A stretch of DNA of 64,000 nt from Vicugna vicugna. Its lineage: Eukaryota. Made by a program: the position numbers and the translations under genes. Location: positions 10,438,184 to 10,502,183 of the forward strand of contig MU058844.1 in the NCBI GenBank assembly GCA_013265495.1, in the 5' to 3' direction. The notes under the pieces were generated by a model that was not told the origin of the DNA, did not search any database, and saw only the letters and a list, made by a program, of their open reading frames with translations. Shown here piece by piece: positions 51,788 through 64,000 of the stretch (within the stretch, counting starts at the first letter, position 1; each line of letters begins with the position of its first letter).

Positions 51788-52160
51788 TTTTTTTTCTTAT
51801 ACAATGAATTTTAAAGCTTTGGAGCAGTTTTGGATTACAGAATCATTGTGAAGACAGTACAGAAAGTACTCGAATACCCCACACCCAGTTTCCCCGGATT
51901 AATGTCTTAAGTAGTGTGGGGCATTTGTGACAATTAATGAAACAACATTGATACTTGAATTATTTAGAAGTTCATACTTGGTTCAGATATCCTCCCATTG
52001 TCCCCGATGTCCTTTCTCTGTTCCAGGACCTACCCTAAGATACCGCATTACATTTAGTTGTCATGTCTCCTTACACCCCTCTGAGTTGTGACAATTTCTT
52101 AGACTTTCCTTATTTTTGAATACTGTGACAGTTTTGAGGATTACTGGTCAGGTATTTTTC
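51788..52160 (-). mobile_element. L1MC-like 3' end fragment
   Basis: ttttagagcag-type start; gatgtcctttctctgttccaggac; catttagttgtcatgtctcctta. Confidence 0.7.
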
Positions 52161-52397
52161 ACATCTTAATACAGACTTTATCAGATATACACAAAAGTAG
52201 ACAAATTACCCATGTTTTGCCAATCTTATTTTCTCCTCTTTTTTTTTTTTTGCTGCAGTATTTTACAGTTACATTTCAATGGTCCTATCTTTTCACCTGT
52301 AAATATTTGAATATTTCTCTCTAAGAGATAAAGCCTTAAAAAATAACCACAATATTACCATACCCAACAAATCTAATGCCAGTTTCTTAATATCAGA

Positions 52398-52815
52398 TGT
52401 TTAGTTTGGGTTCTCCTGGCAGGTCTGCAAGAGGGAGATTTACTGGGGGAAACACCTGTGAGGAAAAATGGGGCAGTTGGGAAGCCTCAATATAGGTCCA
52501 ACTGATATGAAGAAGAGAGGGAAGGAGGATGGTCGAGCAGGAAGTCTTAATCCACAGTGCAGTTTTAAGAAAGTTTTAGCAAGTCTGTAAAACGTCCTCA
52601 TGCCAAAGGTGCCCGTTCATCAGAATAGGCCTGATCCAGCAGGAATGGGCTTGCCTTTGTATTCCTGCTATGCTCCTTTGTTGGCCAGGAGCAGACTGTA
52701 GGAAGCAGGCCTCAGCTGAACATCATGGTGGATTCAGATCACAGCAGCTGAAACTGTCGGTCAGTTACTCACCCCACAGTAGGAGAGTGGAGAAACCCAT
52801 TTTCACGGCTGCCGC
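52398..52815. mobile_element. ERVL-class LTR remnant
   Basis: tgtttagtttgggttctcc...gcaggaatgggcttgcc...ggattcagatcacagcagctg...cacggctgccgc, GC-richer than its flanks. Confidence 0.6.
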
Positions 52816-52937
52816 GTTGTATGATACTTTGTGTTCAGGTTTCCCCCAGACATCTCAAAAAACTGTTTATTCAGATAGAGATCCAAATGAGAGTCATATA
52901 TTGTGTTTGGTTACTATGTCTCTGAAGTCTTTTTTAA

Positions 52938-53085
52938 AATTTTTTATTGATTTATAATCATTTTACAATGCTGTGTCAAATTCCAGTGTAGAGCACAATT
53001 TTTCAGTCATTCATGAACATATATATATTCATTGTCACATTTTTTTCTCTGTGAGCTACCATAAGATCTTGTGTATATTTCCCTG
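52938..53085 (-). mobile_element. Very short young L1 3'-end insertion
   Basis: Highly similar to 6949-7107. Perfect 15-bp TSD tgaagtcttttttaa (52923-52937 / 53086-53100). Confidence 0.9.
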
Positions 53086-54144
53086 TGAAGTCTTTTTTAA
53101 TCTATAAATTACACCCCCAAATTTTATGCCATTTTTTCAAATTGAAGAAATCAGATCATTTACTCTGTGGAATTTCCCACATTCTGGATTTGACTGATTC
53201 TGTTTTTAAGATACTGTTTGATTTGTCTCTTTACCCTCCTTTTTTCTGTGAATTGTTCACTAGATATAGACACTTTACTGGATTCGATGCATATACCTTT
53301 GGGACAATAATTTATATGTAGGTGGCGTGTACTTCTATTGAATCACATCCGAAGGTATGTAATGTCTGGTTGCCTCACTTTTAATGATGTTAAGGAAGAT
53401 TAACAGATTCAGATGCTATTATGCTTTATTTAAAAATTCTACATCAACCTTTTATGTAATGGTCTTAGCAAATTTTGATAATTACTGCCCAAATCTATTA
53501 TATCATTAGATACTGCAGAGTGATAATTTTCAAATTCTATCATTCTGTTTACATTAGTAGTTAGGATTCTTTAAAGAGAAACTTTTCTTCATCACTTGAC
53601 TTGATTTCCCTAAAATGTAAGGAAGATAAAAATCACATTGATTCTCTCCCTTTACTTTCCACTTTTACAGTAATGGGCCAGAGCCCCAGCAACCTCCAAA
53701 AAGGTAAGTCATCTGTTTGTTTTAAATGGTTACAGTGTTTTAATCCCTTGCAGTCATTATTTTTCGTGTCCAAATTATCTCATACGTGGCCAGTGGGTAC
53801 CCTTCCAAGTTGGCTCCTGTGATCTTTTGGTCATGGGTAGCTTCCTTGTTTTCTGGCGTGAGGTGTTCTAGTCTCATCTTGTACATTTCCTTTTCAAGAC
53901 CTGGAAAATAAGAGCTACCTTTTTTTGTAGAAAATTAGAGCCTTGATAACCACCAAAATTATCAGATATAAAACTCAGCATTTATAGTGCTCTTCTTAAC
54001 TAAAAGCTGTAAGGACCTTGAAACATCTTCCAACTCATATTTTTACTGGAAAATTTTAGATGATAAAAAGCTGCTTGTTTATTTGCCATGTCTCATTCTT
54101 TTGCTCATTTGCTGTGCAAATGGTAGGCAGATCTCAGATATCTT

Positions 54145-54269
54145 TTTTTTTTTTGAGGGGGGTACTTAGGTTTATTCATTTATTTATTTTCAGAGGAGAT
54201 ACTGGGGATTGAACCCAGGACCTCAGGCATGCTAAGCATGCACTCTACAACTTGAGCTATCCCCTCCCC
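54145..54269 (-). mobile_element. tRNA-Ala-derived SINE (camelid vic-1-like)
   Basis: The reverse complement reads ggggaggggatagctcaagttgtagagtgcatgcttagcatgcctgaggtcctgggttcaatcccc, with A/B boxes and a poly-A tail. 12-bp TSD ctcagatatctt (54133-54144 / 54270-54281). Confidence 0.92.
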
Positions 54270-54542
54270 CTCAGATATCTTGATTTTTAAAAAATTTAAA
54301 TCTCTTCACGCCTATTGAGAAGCTCAGGAGGTTGATTATAAAAGTCAAATTTTTTTAGTAGTTAAATCACATAAAAGTGTTCAGGTTAGAATGGAGAAGA
54401 TAACTGATGTAAAAATGTATAATCATTGAATTGGATTGTTAAAAGACATCAAAGAGCTTATGTTAATTAAGCTAAATTCATAATAAAAAAAGTGGTGCCC
54501 AAATTGTGTTTCCCCTCCCCCATTAAAACTTGGCCCAATCTA

Positions 54543-54640
54543 GGAGGGAGGGTACAGCTCAGTGGTAGAATGCATGCTTAGTTAGCATGCACACGACCCT
54601 GGGTTCAATCCCCAATACATCCATGAAAAAAAAATAATAA
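54543..54640 (+). mobile_element. tRNA-Ala-derived SINE (short form)
   Basis: ggagggtacagctcagtggtagaatgcatgctt...ctgggttcaatcccc plus an A-rich tail. Flanked by ttggcccaa (54530-54538 / 54642-54650). Confidence 0.9.
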
Positions 54641-57600
54641 TTTGGCCCAAACTTACAGTAGGGGTTTTAATAAAGACTAGACACTTCTATCTCTAGTCAC
54701 ACCTGGATGAGGGTCCATGCAGAGGGACCAGACAAAGAAGGTTTCACAGCTGGTTATGAGGCATTCCCGGTGAGGAGGAGGAGGAGGAATGTTGGATGAG
54801 GGCTAGAGGCAGGCTGTGAAGTTGCCCTGTTACTGACTGAGCCACCAAGAGTCCCTGCAGTGCCTAGAATAAAGCCCAGTTGCTGGCAGCCGTCACCTAG
54901 GGGACCACCTAATAGCACTGGCAAAACCTTGCTTCTGCCAATATCTCCATCCAAGAAGAAGGATCTTTTTTTTTCCAGAATGTGGGAAACAGCTGTAGCC
55001 TAGAATTCTTGGATCTTGCATTGGTTCACAAATAATTCCTGTTTACTATTTTGTGCTAGGCTCTCTTCTAGGTACTAGGGACATTGCAATGAATGAAAAG
55101 ACAAACCTAGCCTACATCATTTTTTATTCTCTGTTGCCAAATAGAAGTGTTGGCACAGGGCTGAGGATTGGTTGCTTCTCAGAATGTCCTTTGGACCTTT
55201 CCAAAAGATGAGAATTGAAATTCACTTATCATTTGACAGATAGTAGCCTTAATACGTGTCATGGGCTATAATTTGTGTTATACAAATCATGCTGGTAGCT
55301 CTAGTGTTTAGAAAAGACAGATTTATTCCCTTAATCTAGAGAAATTGGGAGATTTAGAGCATAAATTCATATTTCCATTAATTTAATTTGTTACATGAAT
55401 TTTATTTTTGCCCCCAAATCATGTCTTTAATGGCAGATGCTAGTAACTTCTCGGTGGGAGTCAGGACTCCACATTTTCCAGTACATTCTGATCATCTGAA
55501 GCATTTATGATTATCCACCACTTCCATGCTTAATTTTATAATTATACCAAAAAAGCATTATACCAAATATGGATCTATATTCCTATAGCTCATAAAATTC
55601 CCCAAATCACCCATGGTTAAATAGAACTGCTTCTCCGTGTGTTTTTCTTTCCTTCTGAGCTCTGCAATTGAGGTGGAACTAAGTACAGTGTACTTTACAA
55701 GCTTCTGGTATCTAGTTACTTGAGAAACACTCCCCCTATGGTGAAATCATCAACAGTTTACTTTTTTTTTTCCATAATTGAGTGGTCAGGACACTTTATC
55801 CTTTTCCTATAATTCTTGCCTAAAAATGTACTTCTTTTAGGAGGGACATATGTGGGGGAATTAGATCCAGTTTTTAGGATTTACCCTTCATTCGCTTATA
55901 AACTTAATCATTTACGCTTTTATACTTAGATTTTTAAAAACTCTTAAAAATAAATTAGTAAGAGTTATTTCCCCTCCCCCAGATACTTGAGAAGTTTCTC
56001 TTATTTGGTCTCAGGTTTATGGCATCTTCCTAACTTTAAAAAACTGAGTATCTCTTCATCTATGGGGAAATGAGACCAAAAGTAGTGTCTTGTTTACCTT
56101 GAGATCACATGGTGATGTAAACAGAATCAGATATCTTACTAGTCCCTGAAAATGGAGGTGTCTGACCACTAATAAGATTAGTCTGGAACACCAGTCTGTT
56201 TAGAGAAAGTTTAGAGATAACAAAATACTGTAACACCATAAGATATAGGAAATTATAAAAATTATTTGAATGGAGGGAGAGTGGAAATTAACTTAACATT
56301 TTGTCCTTGCCTCTTTAGAACATGATTTCAATTCAGTGCTACTAACAGTTGGAGGCAGTGTCTCTTTAAGTGTTAGTCTCTCTACCTCTGCCTTAGATTC
56401 ACGTGGAGTCCAGAGGAACACCCAAATGAGTCAGACTGTCTCTGTTCTCAAAAAGCATTCATATGGTTAAAGAATAGACATGGTGTGCACAAAGAGGGAG
56501 AGATTCATTCCTTACAGGACTGAGGAGACATCTTTAGGACCTAGCATTTGAGGCAAGCTTTGAAGGGACTGGGGAAGGAGGGTTGGTGTCAGTCATAGTC
56601 AGGAATATTTAGAAAAATATATTTGACTTCTGCTGAACCTACACCCGAGGTGGCCCCTAAGGTTCTCTGTACACACCTCGTAGTGAAGTGCTAGCTTCCA
56701 GGTTAGACCTACTTGAATTCAGAACCTGGCTGTACCACTGCTACTAGCTTTGTGACCTAAGACAAGGTGCTTTATCATTTCCTCATTTGCAACAAGGTCA
56801 AAATCATGCCTCACTCTGTTGGCTTGTTGTGAAGGATAAATGCAAATGTGTGCAGCACTGCCTGTTCGTAGCTATGATGGGAAAAGAATTCAAACGAAGT
56901 CTGTTACAGTGTGATTTGTCCCACTGAAGAAGTTGAGCAGGTCATGATGGTTGTCTTTCCTGAAATTAAAAAAAAAAAAAGGAATCGGGAAGCTCTGGAT
57001 GAGTAATAAAACTGCCGTCTGGTCTTATATCTCTGCTTTTCTAGGGAGGCTGTCTGTCCTCAGAAGTCCAGTGGAAGCAAGTCAGAACTCTGTCCTGCAA
57101 AAGAATGCAGTATGTGTTGATACAAATGTAATATAATCTCCTTAGCCCCTGGTAAATTGTGGCCACTCAAGACACACTGAACAAGATCTTGGTTAAAGGA
57201 AAACATCTTTTAGAAAGAGAGCTTCTTGATTTACTTTACTCGAGAAGCTCAGAGCATTTCTCAGTTAGCTTGCTCTTCCTTTCAAATCCCCAGGCTCGAC
57301 CTGGGCCTGTTTTCCTAAGTAAGAAATGTCTCTGCCCAGACTCCTGAGCAAATATATGCCAGAGGAGTATCATTAACCGAGCTGATACGGGAACTAAACA
57401 AACAGGGTGAATCAGCTTGGATTCACGAAGGCTGGCAGCAAGTCAATTTCTTTCTCTATTTCTCTACTTGTTTTTTCAGGGTACGTGATGACTAGAGACT
57501 GGTATGTCCTGATAGCAGAAAACAGGAAGCAGATCAAAGCGAGAGGCTGTTTGTCTCCTGACCTGCCCCTGGATAACAAGAAGCAGTTTGTGTTGACTCG

Positions 57601-60061
57601 GACTTGCGTCCTATAAGGCGGCCGAGCAGAGGGTGGCAGTTACAGGTGCTGGGACGAGGGGTGGTTTTTCTGTCACTAAGGCAGAGCACCACAGTGGCAC
57701 TCAAAAGGGCTAGAACAAAACATTCCCCCCACCCCGAATTGTACAAGTTTGAGGGTATCGTTAGCTTACGACCTAGAAGAAGAATCTTAACTGGATTGTG
57801 GGCATTTAATTTGCCCAATGATATGTATTAATTTAAAATCGTACACACAATGTAACTCCTTTTGTTTTATTTTCTCTTTAAGTGTTATATTGGCTCTTAG
57901 ACTTGTCCATTCTCAGACCTTACATATGACTATCACTCTAATAGGATAATACTCTGCTCAGCTTAAACGTGGGTGATTTTACTTGTCATGTGACATTTGT
58001 GGAGCATAAGAAAGAGAGTGTTATCTCTATTTTAATTAAGTTCAGAAATGGTAGGAATGTTTTTTTTCCCAATGAGTGAGATTGATGAGAAAAAACAAGT
58101 GTTAGACTCTTTTCAGCTAGGAATATTTGGGACTTCAGTTTAAATCGGTAGAAATTATGAAAGGTAATATGGATTTAAAGAGATATGTAGATTTTCTTAA
58201 CATCTCAAAGACAGCTGACTAAACTGCTAAAAAGAAAAAGGTTTTAAAAAGACACCTTTAAAAATATATTTCCCATTGAAAAAAAGTTAGTATACAAAGG
58301 AAAAACTATTCCTAAAATAGTGAAATGCTGCTAGCTGTAGAAATAAATCTAGGACATCCCTTTTCTCTTCTTTGTTGCATCCTTTCTGATGGGTACTCCA
58401 GGACTACACTGGTGAGGGGGAGCTTTTCCAGGACTGTCTGCTAACGGTACAGAAATCATTGGCATTTGGTGTCTGTGTGCATTTTCCTTCAAAAGTCCAT
58501 AGGAGGTTTCAATCACCTGTTAAATAAATGAACACAAGAATGAATAAATGAGAGCCCTTGGTTGCTATTTTAACCTAATGCTGACTGACCCTTATTGATT
58601 ACATTTGGTGATCTTTGGCGAATTACTTTATTCATGACTCTGTATCCTTGTCTATAAAGTTGAGTTAATAACACCTACTACGTAAGCACTTCATACATGT
58701 TTGTTGAATATCTGAATTACTCACTAGATTCAATTCAGATATACTAGACCCCATTTTCTGGAGTCTGGGATCTGGAGACCTGCCCTTTTAACAGAATCTG
58801 CTGGTGATGCTTATGCACCCAAAGCTGGAAAAACCACTCATTTAAACTCTCCTATCTGTTGGGCAGGGCACTAGGAGATATGCCAATGGCAGCGCTAAAA
58901 TGAACCAGACTGTCTTTGTCTTCAGTAAGTTTTACATATAGTTAAAGGACACAATGTTAACAAAACAGAGGAAGGAGAGACTCCCTTGAAGGACTAGTAA
59001 AACTTCTTAAGGATCTAGCATTTTTAAGGGTGTAAGCAGGATTTTAAAAAATGCCTAGACCAGTTTGTGTTCCATGGTAAATGCAGAACTGCTGGTATTG
59101 TTATTTCCACATGTGCTTGGTCCACCCACGCTGCTTGTTTCTTCCTCATCTGTAAGGACAGTGTCTATATTTTTCAACAGATCTGCTCCAGCCAATTTAT
59201 AAATCTCTTTGGGTGACTAGATTACTTTTACTGTAAGATTTTTGTGATTTGTGATTTTTTATTTTTTTACAGTTTTGTCCTGGTGACAGAGTTCTGACAG
59301 GCATTTTATTCTTTCTCTTTCTGTGGACCAACTTATGCATTTTCTTATTTCCATTTTGTGACTCTGAAAATAATTTCATGAAAATCAAATTCTAATACAA
59401 ACGCACAATGTACCTGCTGTGGATCCTGGAACTCATGATATGACTTCAGAAAACTCATTTTCTAAACTGTAGAAAAGAAATCCGTGTGGTTGATTCTCAT
59501 TTAGTCAGGTTTTTCTGGTTCGTGGATTATTCAGATTCTTTGCTCCATGTACAGCTTTTCCCTTTATCGGTTTCTTTGCTTGTTAAGCATGAATAGAGGA
59601 AGAAAACGAAGCAGATCTGGTAAAAAGACTTAGCCTGGGAACTGAAAGAAACAGATGGCTAAAACAGGCTCGGCTTAGAGAATTCTGTTGATATTTGAGA
59701 GGGTGTCACAGTCCTGGCTTGTTCGCAGAGGTGTGACCTAGTGATGCTGGCATGGTTAGGATCAGGGATTTTGACCTTTGATTCAGCTGCGAACTTACTG
59801 TGTACCCTGTGCAAACCAGGCAGCCTATTAGTGTGATAAGTAAAATACCTACCTAATTTTGGACTCATGGTCCAAAGGGATGTCGGGAAAGGAATTTAAA
59901 GAATTCACTGATTGTGATTACAATATTCTAGATACTAAACTAGAAACCTGAAAAAAGGTACCTTCTCTCATAAAGATATTACTGAGATGAAACCGGAAAT
60001 GGGCTTTTTTTCCTCTCCCTTTTCAGAATTTGTATAGCAGTAGCACTAGATTCTATATAAC

Positions 60062-60167
60062 TAATGATTTGGTGCTTCTTATAAATTAATGATTTGGTAC
60101 TTCTTATAAAATTAGTGATTTGGTACCTCTTATAAGAATTATAATGATTTGGTACTTCTTATAAAAT
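60062..60167. repeat. Minisatellite, 4 x 25-29 bp
   Basis: Unit taatgatttggtacttcttataaaat starts at 60062, 60087, 60113 and 60142. Confidence 0.95.
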
Positions 60168-63100
60168 TTAAAGGGCAACTTTTTAATAGCCATTTAATAG
60201 TGAGTAAAACTGTGTCACAGAACTTCACACAGAGGGTTAAGGAGCTAAATAATGCTGCAATGGAGACTAAAATAGTTTTTCTGGTTTCTTGTTCACTAAA
60301 ATGACATGCTCTAAAGAAGTAAACATTTTTGTTCTATTTATGGAAGTCTGATATGTCTGCTGTTATCATGTGTTTAATTTTGGTTTTTAATTCAGATGGG
60401 GCAGATGGTATGCTGTTAAAGCAAAACCAAAGATTTAGGACTAAGCAGGAATCTTCTGAATCATAAGCAGGAATTCTTGATGTGTTTGTAGCATAACAGA
60501 GTCCTACTCCCTAGCACAAACAAACAAAAGCTTATTTTAAACTAAATTTAAATTGAGGAAAAGGAGAGAAGCACACAGATGAGATGGTCTTGAGACTTGG
60601 ATTCAGGACTTACTAAGTGACCTTGGATGTGTCATTTCCCCTTCTTTAGCCTCCACTTATTAATCTACAAAATGGTCATAATAATATCTCACCTTCAATC
60701 ATATGATTGTGATTTTGAGGATCAAAAATATGGTGGAAGTTTATAACATGAGCTATAACAATATCAGTGGCTTATTGCTAGTATAAAACCATATATAGCT
60801 GTTATAGCTCTTACATTGTTAGCAAATGAAATTGATGTTACCCTTTAGAGGTAAATTTTGACTTCAAAAGAAGGTTTAAAAAAAAAAAGTGGTCTAAAAT
60901 CCCTGGGGTTAAAAGAATCCAAAAGCTGTTGGTTGCCAGAATCAAAAGGGAGGTTTTTAATTCAGCTTCTAAATTATGAAAAGATAGAAACAGGTAAAAT
61001 GTAAAACTTATGTTCACAGATTTCACAACATACAGAATACTGAATGCAGTGGGGAGACAGGCTTTAGTGCAGAACTGGACGCCAGAAAAGCATATAGTCT
61101 CCTGAAGTTTCTTCTACTCCCGTGAGGTCCGTGAGTACAAGGTCTGTTGTACAATAGGTGCTCAATAAATACTTGTTGAATAAATGAATGAGTGGGTAAT
61201 GAATAAATAGAAATGCATATACTTCTCTCTTGGCTGCTTCTCCTGTTGGAAGACTTAATCTTTTATCACTGGAATTCCACAAGAAACATCTTAACCAAGT
61301 CATGTGTTTGGGCCAATCCATTTCCAGGCTTGTTTGTGTTTTTCACATTCTTTTTTTGGCCTGCAATATTATTCTGTGACCTCTTTCATGAATTCCAGTA
61401 GGTCATTTCAGTGGGGCCCCAAGGAAGTTAGTAAATTAAACTTGATTTGGAATGGAATACATAGGGTGTGTGGCTTGGATTGGAATCAAGTTAGGTCTGG
61501 TTAATCTTATTTTGGTTTAATCTATGTGGGAAAGAATAGAAATAGAGGAAAAACAAATAAACAGAAAATAGTGGAAACTATTCTTGTATAATGATAAGCA
61601 GTTTCTGTAAGGAATAGTTCCAGGGGCCAAAACCTAAATTATTTTTATTAAAAATTCGGGTACAAGATTCAGCAGTGGAAAGATTAACTTCTCCAGTCAT
61701 CAGAGTTGGTGTTTACTTTTCTAGCTTTCCCAAGCCAGAATCTCTAGGCTTTTAAAATGTGGATGCTCTATAGACAAAGCATGTTACTTAATATAGTTCA
61801 TGCTTTTTAATCTTCTCTAGGGCTCTGGAAACGGAAAAGCCCAACCTTTGGGAAAGCTCAGCTCCTAGGGAAGCAAAAAAAGTTTCAACTCAGATCATCC
61901 ACATTCCGTCTTGAGTTTCTTAGGCCATCCTAAGGCGAAGAAATGTTGAGAAAGTGCGCTGAGTTCCCGCGTGCATAATTTCTTTAAGCCAACTATTTCT
62001 GCCTGCAGTCATTTCCAACTTACAATGTATTGGACCACTGAGGTCTTAACCTTGGTGCTCAGAGTTTAGGAAATCCCCTTCTGGTACTGGCTGAGAGCAC
62101 TGGAGTAACGTGGGGAACTTCTCTCAAGCTACCTGGCAAGGAGGAAGGCAGGAAGGAGCAAGCGAAACCTTCAGATTGAGCACCCTTGAGTTCACGGTTC
62201 TCACTGGGGCCCGGGGAATCATGTGTGTTGTTCCTTGAAGAGAAATTCATGCAATCACCTAATACCTTCTTAGCAAAGAGAGAATTGAGATTTACCATTC
62301 AGGAGTCTCGGGAATTAATAATATTTGTTCTTGACAATTGAGTTTCCCCTCCCAGGGAGGTCAGTATTTGCTCATTTAATAGAGCAAAATAAGTTTTCCT
62401 TTAAAGAATGGGAAGAGTCACCGTATTATTTCTAACTTTTCATATTAGACCTACAGATTAAAGGTGTGGATTAAGGTACTAAGGCATGAGGAGGTAATGT
62501 GGAGTTTTTCCAGCACTTGCTACAGGGTTCTAAGTACCTGTCTTCCACTTTAGTTGGCTGATGTTGGTGAAGGCTTCACTTGTCTGGATAGAAGGGAATC
62601 ATGATGGTTTTTCAAACGTCTAAAACAGATGACTAGACCAGGTGATTTTATACAGTTCTTTTCAGCATTCAGATTAACGATTCCCAAGCAGCAAATGAAT
62701 TTTGTCTTTGGTTAATTTTCCAGGTGCAAATCTAGTTAGTGGCAATCTCCTAGAAGTTTAAAGGACTTTTGACTGCTTCAGTAATACTTAAGTATTTAAA
62801 AAAAATTGTTTTGTTACATAATATTTTCTATGTATAAAATTATACTTATATATACCATTATATACACATACATAAAATACATATTATACAGTGTTGATAC
62901 AGGTTTGAAAAATAAGAAAATGGGAGTCACAAAGGTCTTAGAGTGGATGCTGTTCTAACAGAAAGGATACCATGATTTCATTTTCTGTTTTAGAAAAAAA
63001 GAGATGGTACCATTTCATTTGTTCAGTTCTGATTCTCCCTGATAACTGGCTTTTTTTGTTTTTACTTTTGGAAATTGCATCTTAAAAATGTAAATTTACT

Positions 63101-63497
63101 GGCTCAGGCACTGCTGATAATGTAATGTAATTCACTGAAAGTAATTGTTGCTAATGGGAAAATGGACAGATTAAATAAGCCACATTCTAATAAATGACCT
63201 TTTTAAAGGGTTCGTTAAAAATATGGACGGACACATGCAGATCCCTTAAATCTTTTTTTTTGAAACAAGATGTATGAATAAGGAAGCTTTGGAAGCACTC
63301 ACTCTGCCAAAGTTTAAAAGGGAGAAGGTAAAGATAGAAAGTCGCATTTCTAGTATAACCGCAGCTGCTCAGCACGGCAGGAAGAAGAGTGAGACATTTG
63401 TCCACGTCTCTGGTGACAGAGTTCTCTTTCCTCTTTTCACTGTCATAGTTTCCAAATTTTATTGAGCATATTTGTTCCTACATGGAAAAAGTCTCTT

Positions 63498-63522
63498 TGA
63501 TTGATTGATTGATTGATTGATT
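63498..63522. repeat. (GATT)n microsatellite
   Basis: About 6 GATT units. Confidence 0.9.
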
Positions 63523-63745
63523 TAAATACTGGGTTTTTTCTGCAGTTTCCATGATTCCCAAGAGTTAATTCCAGTGGCATTTCTAGTGTGCTTCTGCCAC
63601 CTGCTGCTTTCCACAACCCATTACAGTGATCAGCCAAGAAAGAAAAACACTTGGCAAGGTGGTTATTTCTCTGGAGATGCATTCTAGTATAGGAGGAGGA
63701 TGAGAGGGAAACGTATTTCAGATCCATGGAAGATACACTGTTTAT

Positions 63746-63775
63746 GAGAGAGAGAGAGAGACAGAGATACAGAGA
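63746..63775. repeat. (GA)n-rich microsatellite
   Basis: gagagagagagagagacagagatacagaga. Confidence 0.8.
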
Positions 63776-64000
63776 TCTTTCTACTAGATTACCTCACTAT
63801 TAAAATTACATTTTATGACTCGGACCTGCAACCTGGCAAAGGAGAAGAGTGGAGACCTTGGTTTTAGTGCTGACGACAATAAGCTCCTTAAGAAAGGTTT
63901 TAAAACATGTTTTGATACTTTCTCTCCTTCCCTGCTCTTTAAGCGTGTTCCCTCCGACTTATGCCTAGAAAGCTCGGGGTGGCTTGTTAAATGTTGTTCC

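Noticed and set aside
54145..54640. tRNA-Ala genes
   Set aside because: Both copies have A-rich tails, TSDs and disrupted cloverleaf stems, so they are SINEs.
60062..60167. CRISPR-like array of ~26-bp repeats
   Set aside because: The units are directly adjacent with no unique spacers, there are no cas genes, and the context is mammalian. It is a minisatellite.
53..63727. Remaining short ORFs in the six-frame track
   Set aside because: They are low-complexity, lack splice context or homology, and are expected by chance in AT-rich intronic, UTR and repeat DNA.

Overview
Mammalian genomic DNA, probably camelid given the tRNA-Ala-derived vic-1-type SINEs. It is AT-rich and repeat-dense. The window holds the 3' half of PAWR (Par-4, prostate apoptosis response-4) on the + strand. 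Five coding exons (14198-14329, 24228-24262, 40023-40170, 41779-41883, 44081-44167) splice in frame through GT-AG introns to give CLDEYEDD...LLKVVGQLTR*, and none of them appears in the ORF track. A long AU-rich 3' UTR with several poly(A) signals follows, then about 15 kb of intergenic DNA. The most notable observations are: (1) a candidate alternative terminal exon in the intron after exon 3 (21372-~21615) that would give a Par-4 keeping the SAC region but lacking the leucine zipper; (2) an in-frame cryptic GTAAGT donor inside exon 5; (3) a near-full-length fossil hAT/Charlie transposon resembling the ZMYM6 transposase domain, split by four nested retroelements; (4) several young L1/SINE insertions with intact target-site duplications (TSDs), including an inverted SINE pair. 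Exon numbering, protein comparisons and repeat subfamily names come from recall rather than database searches, and boundaries of old repeats are approximate.
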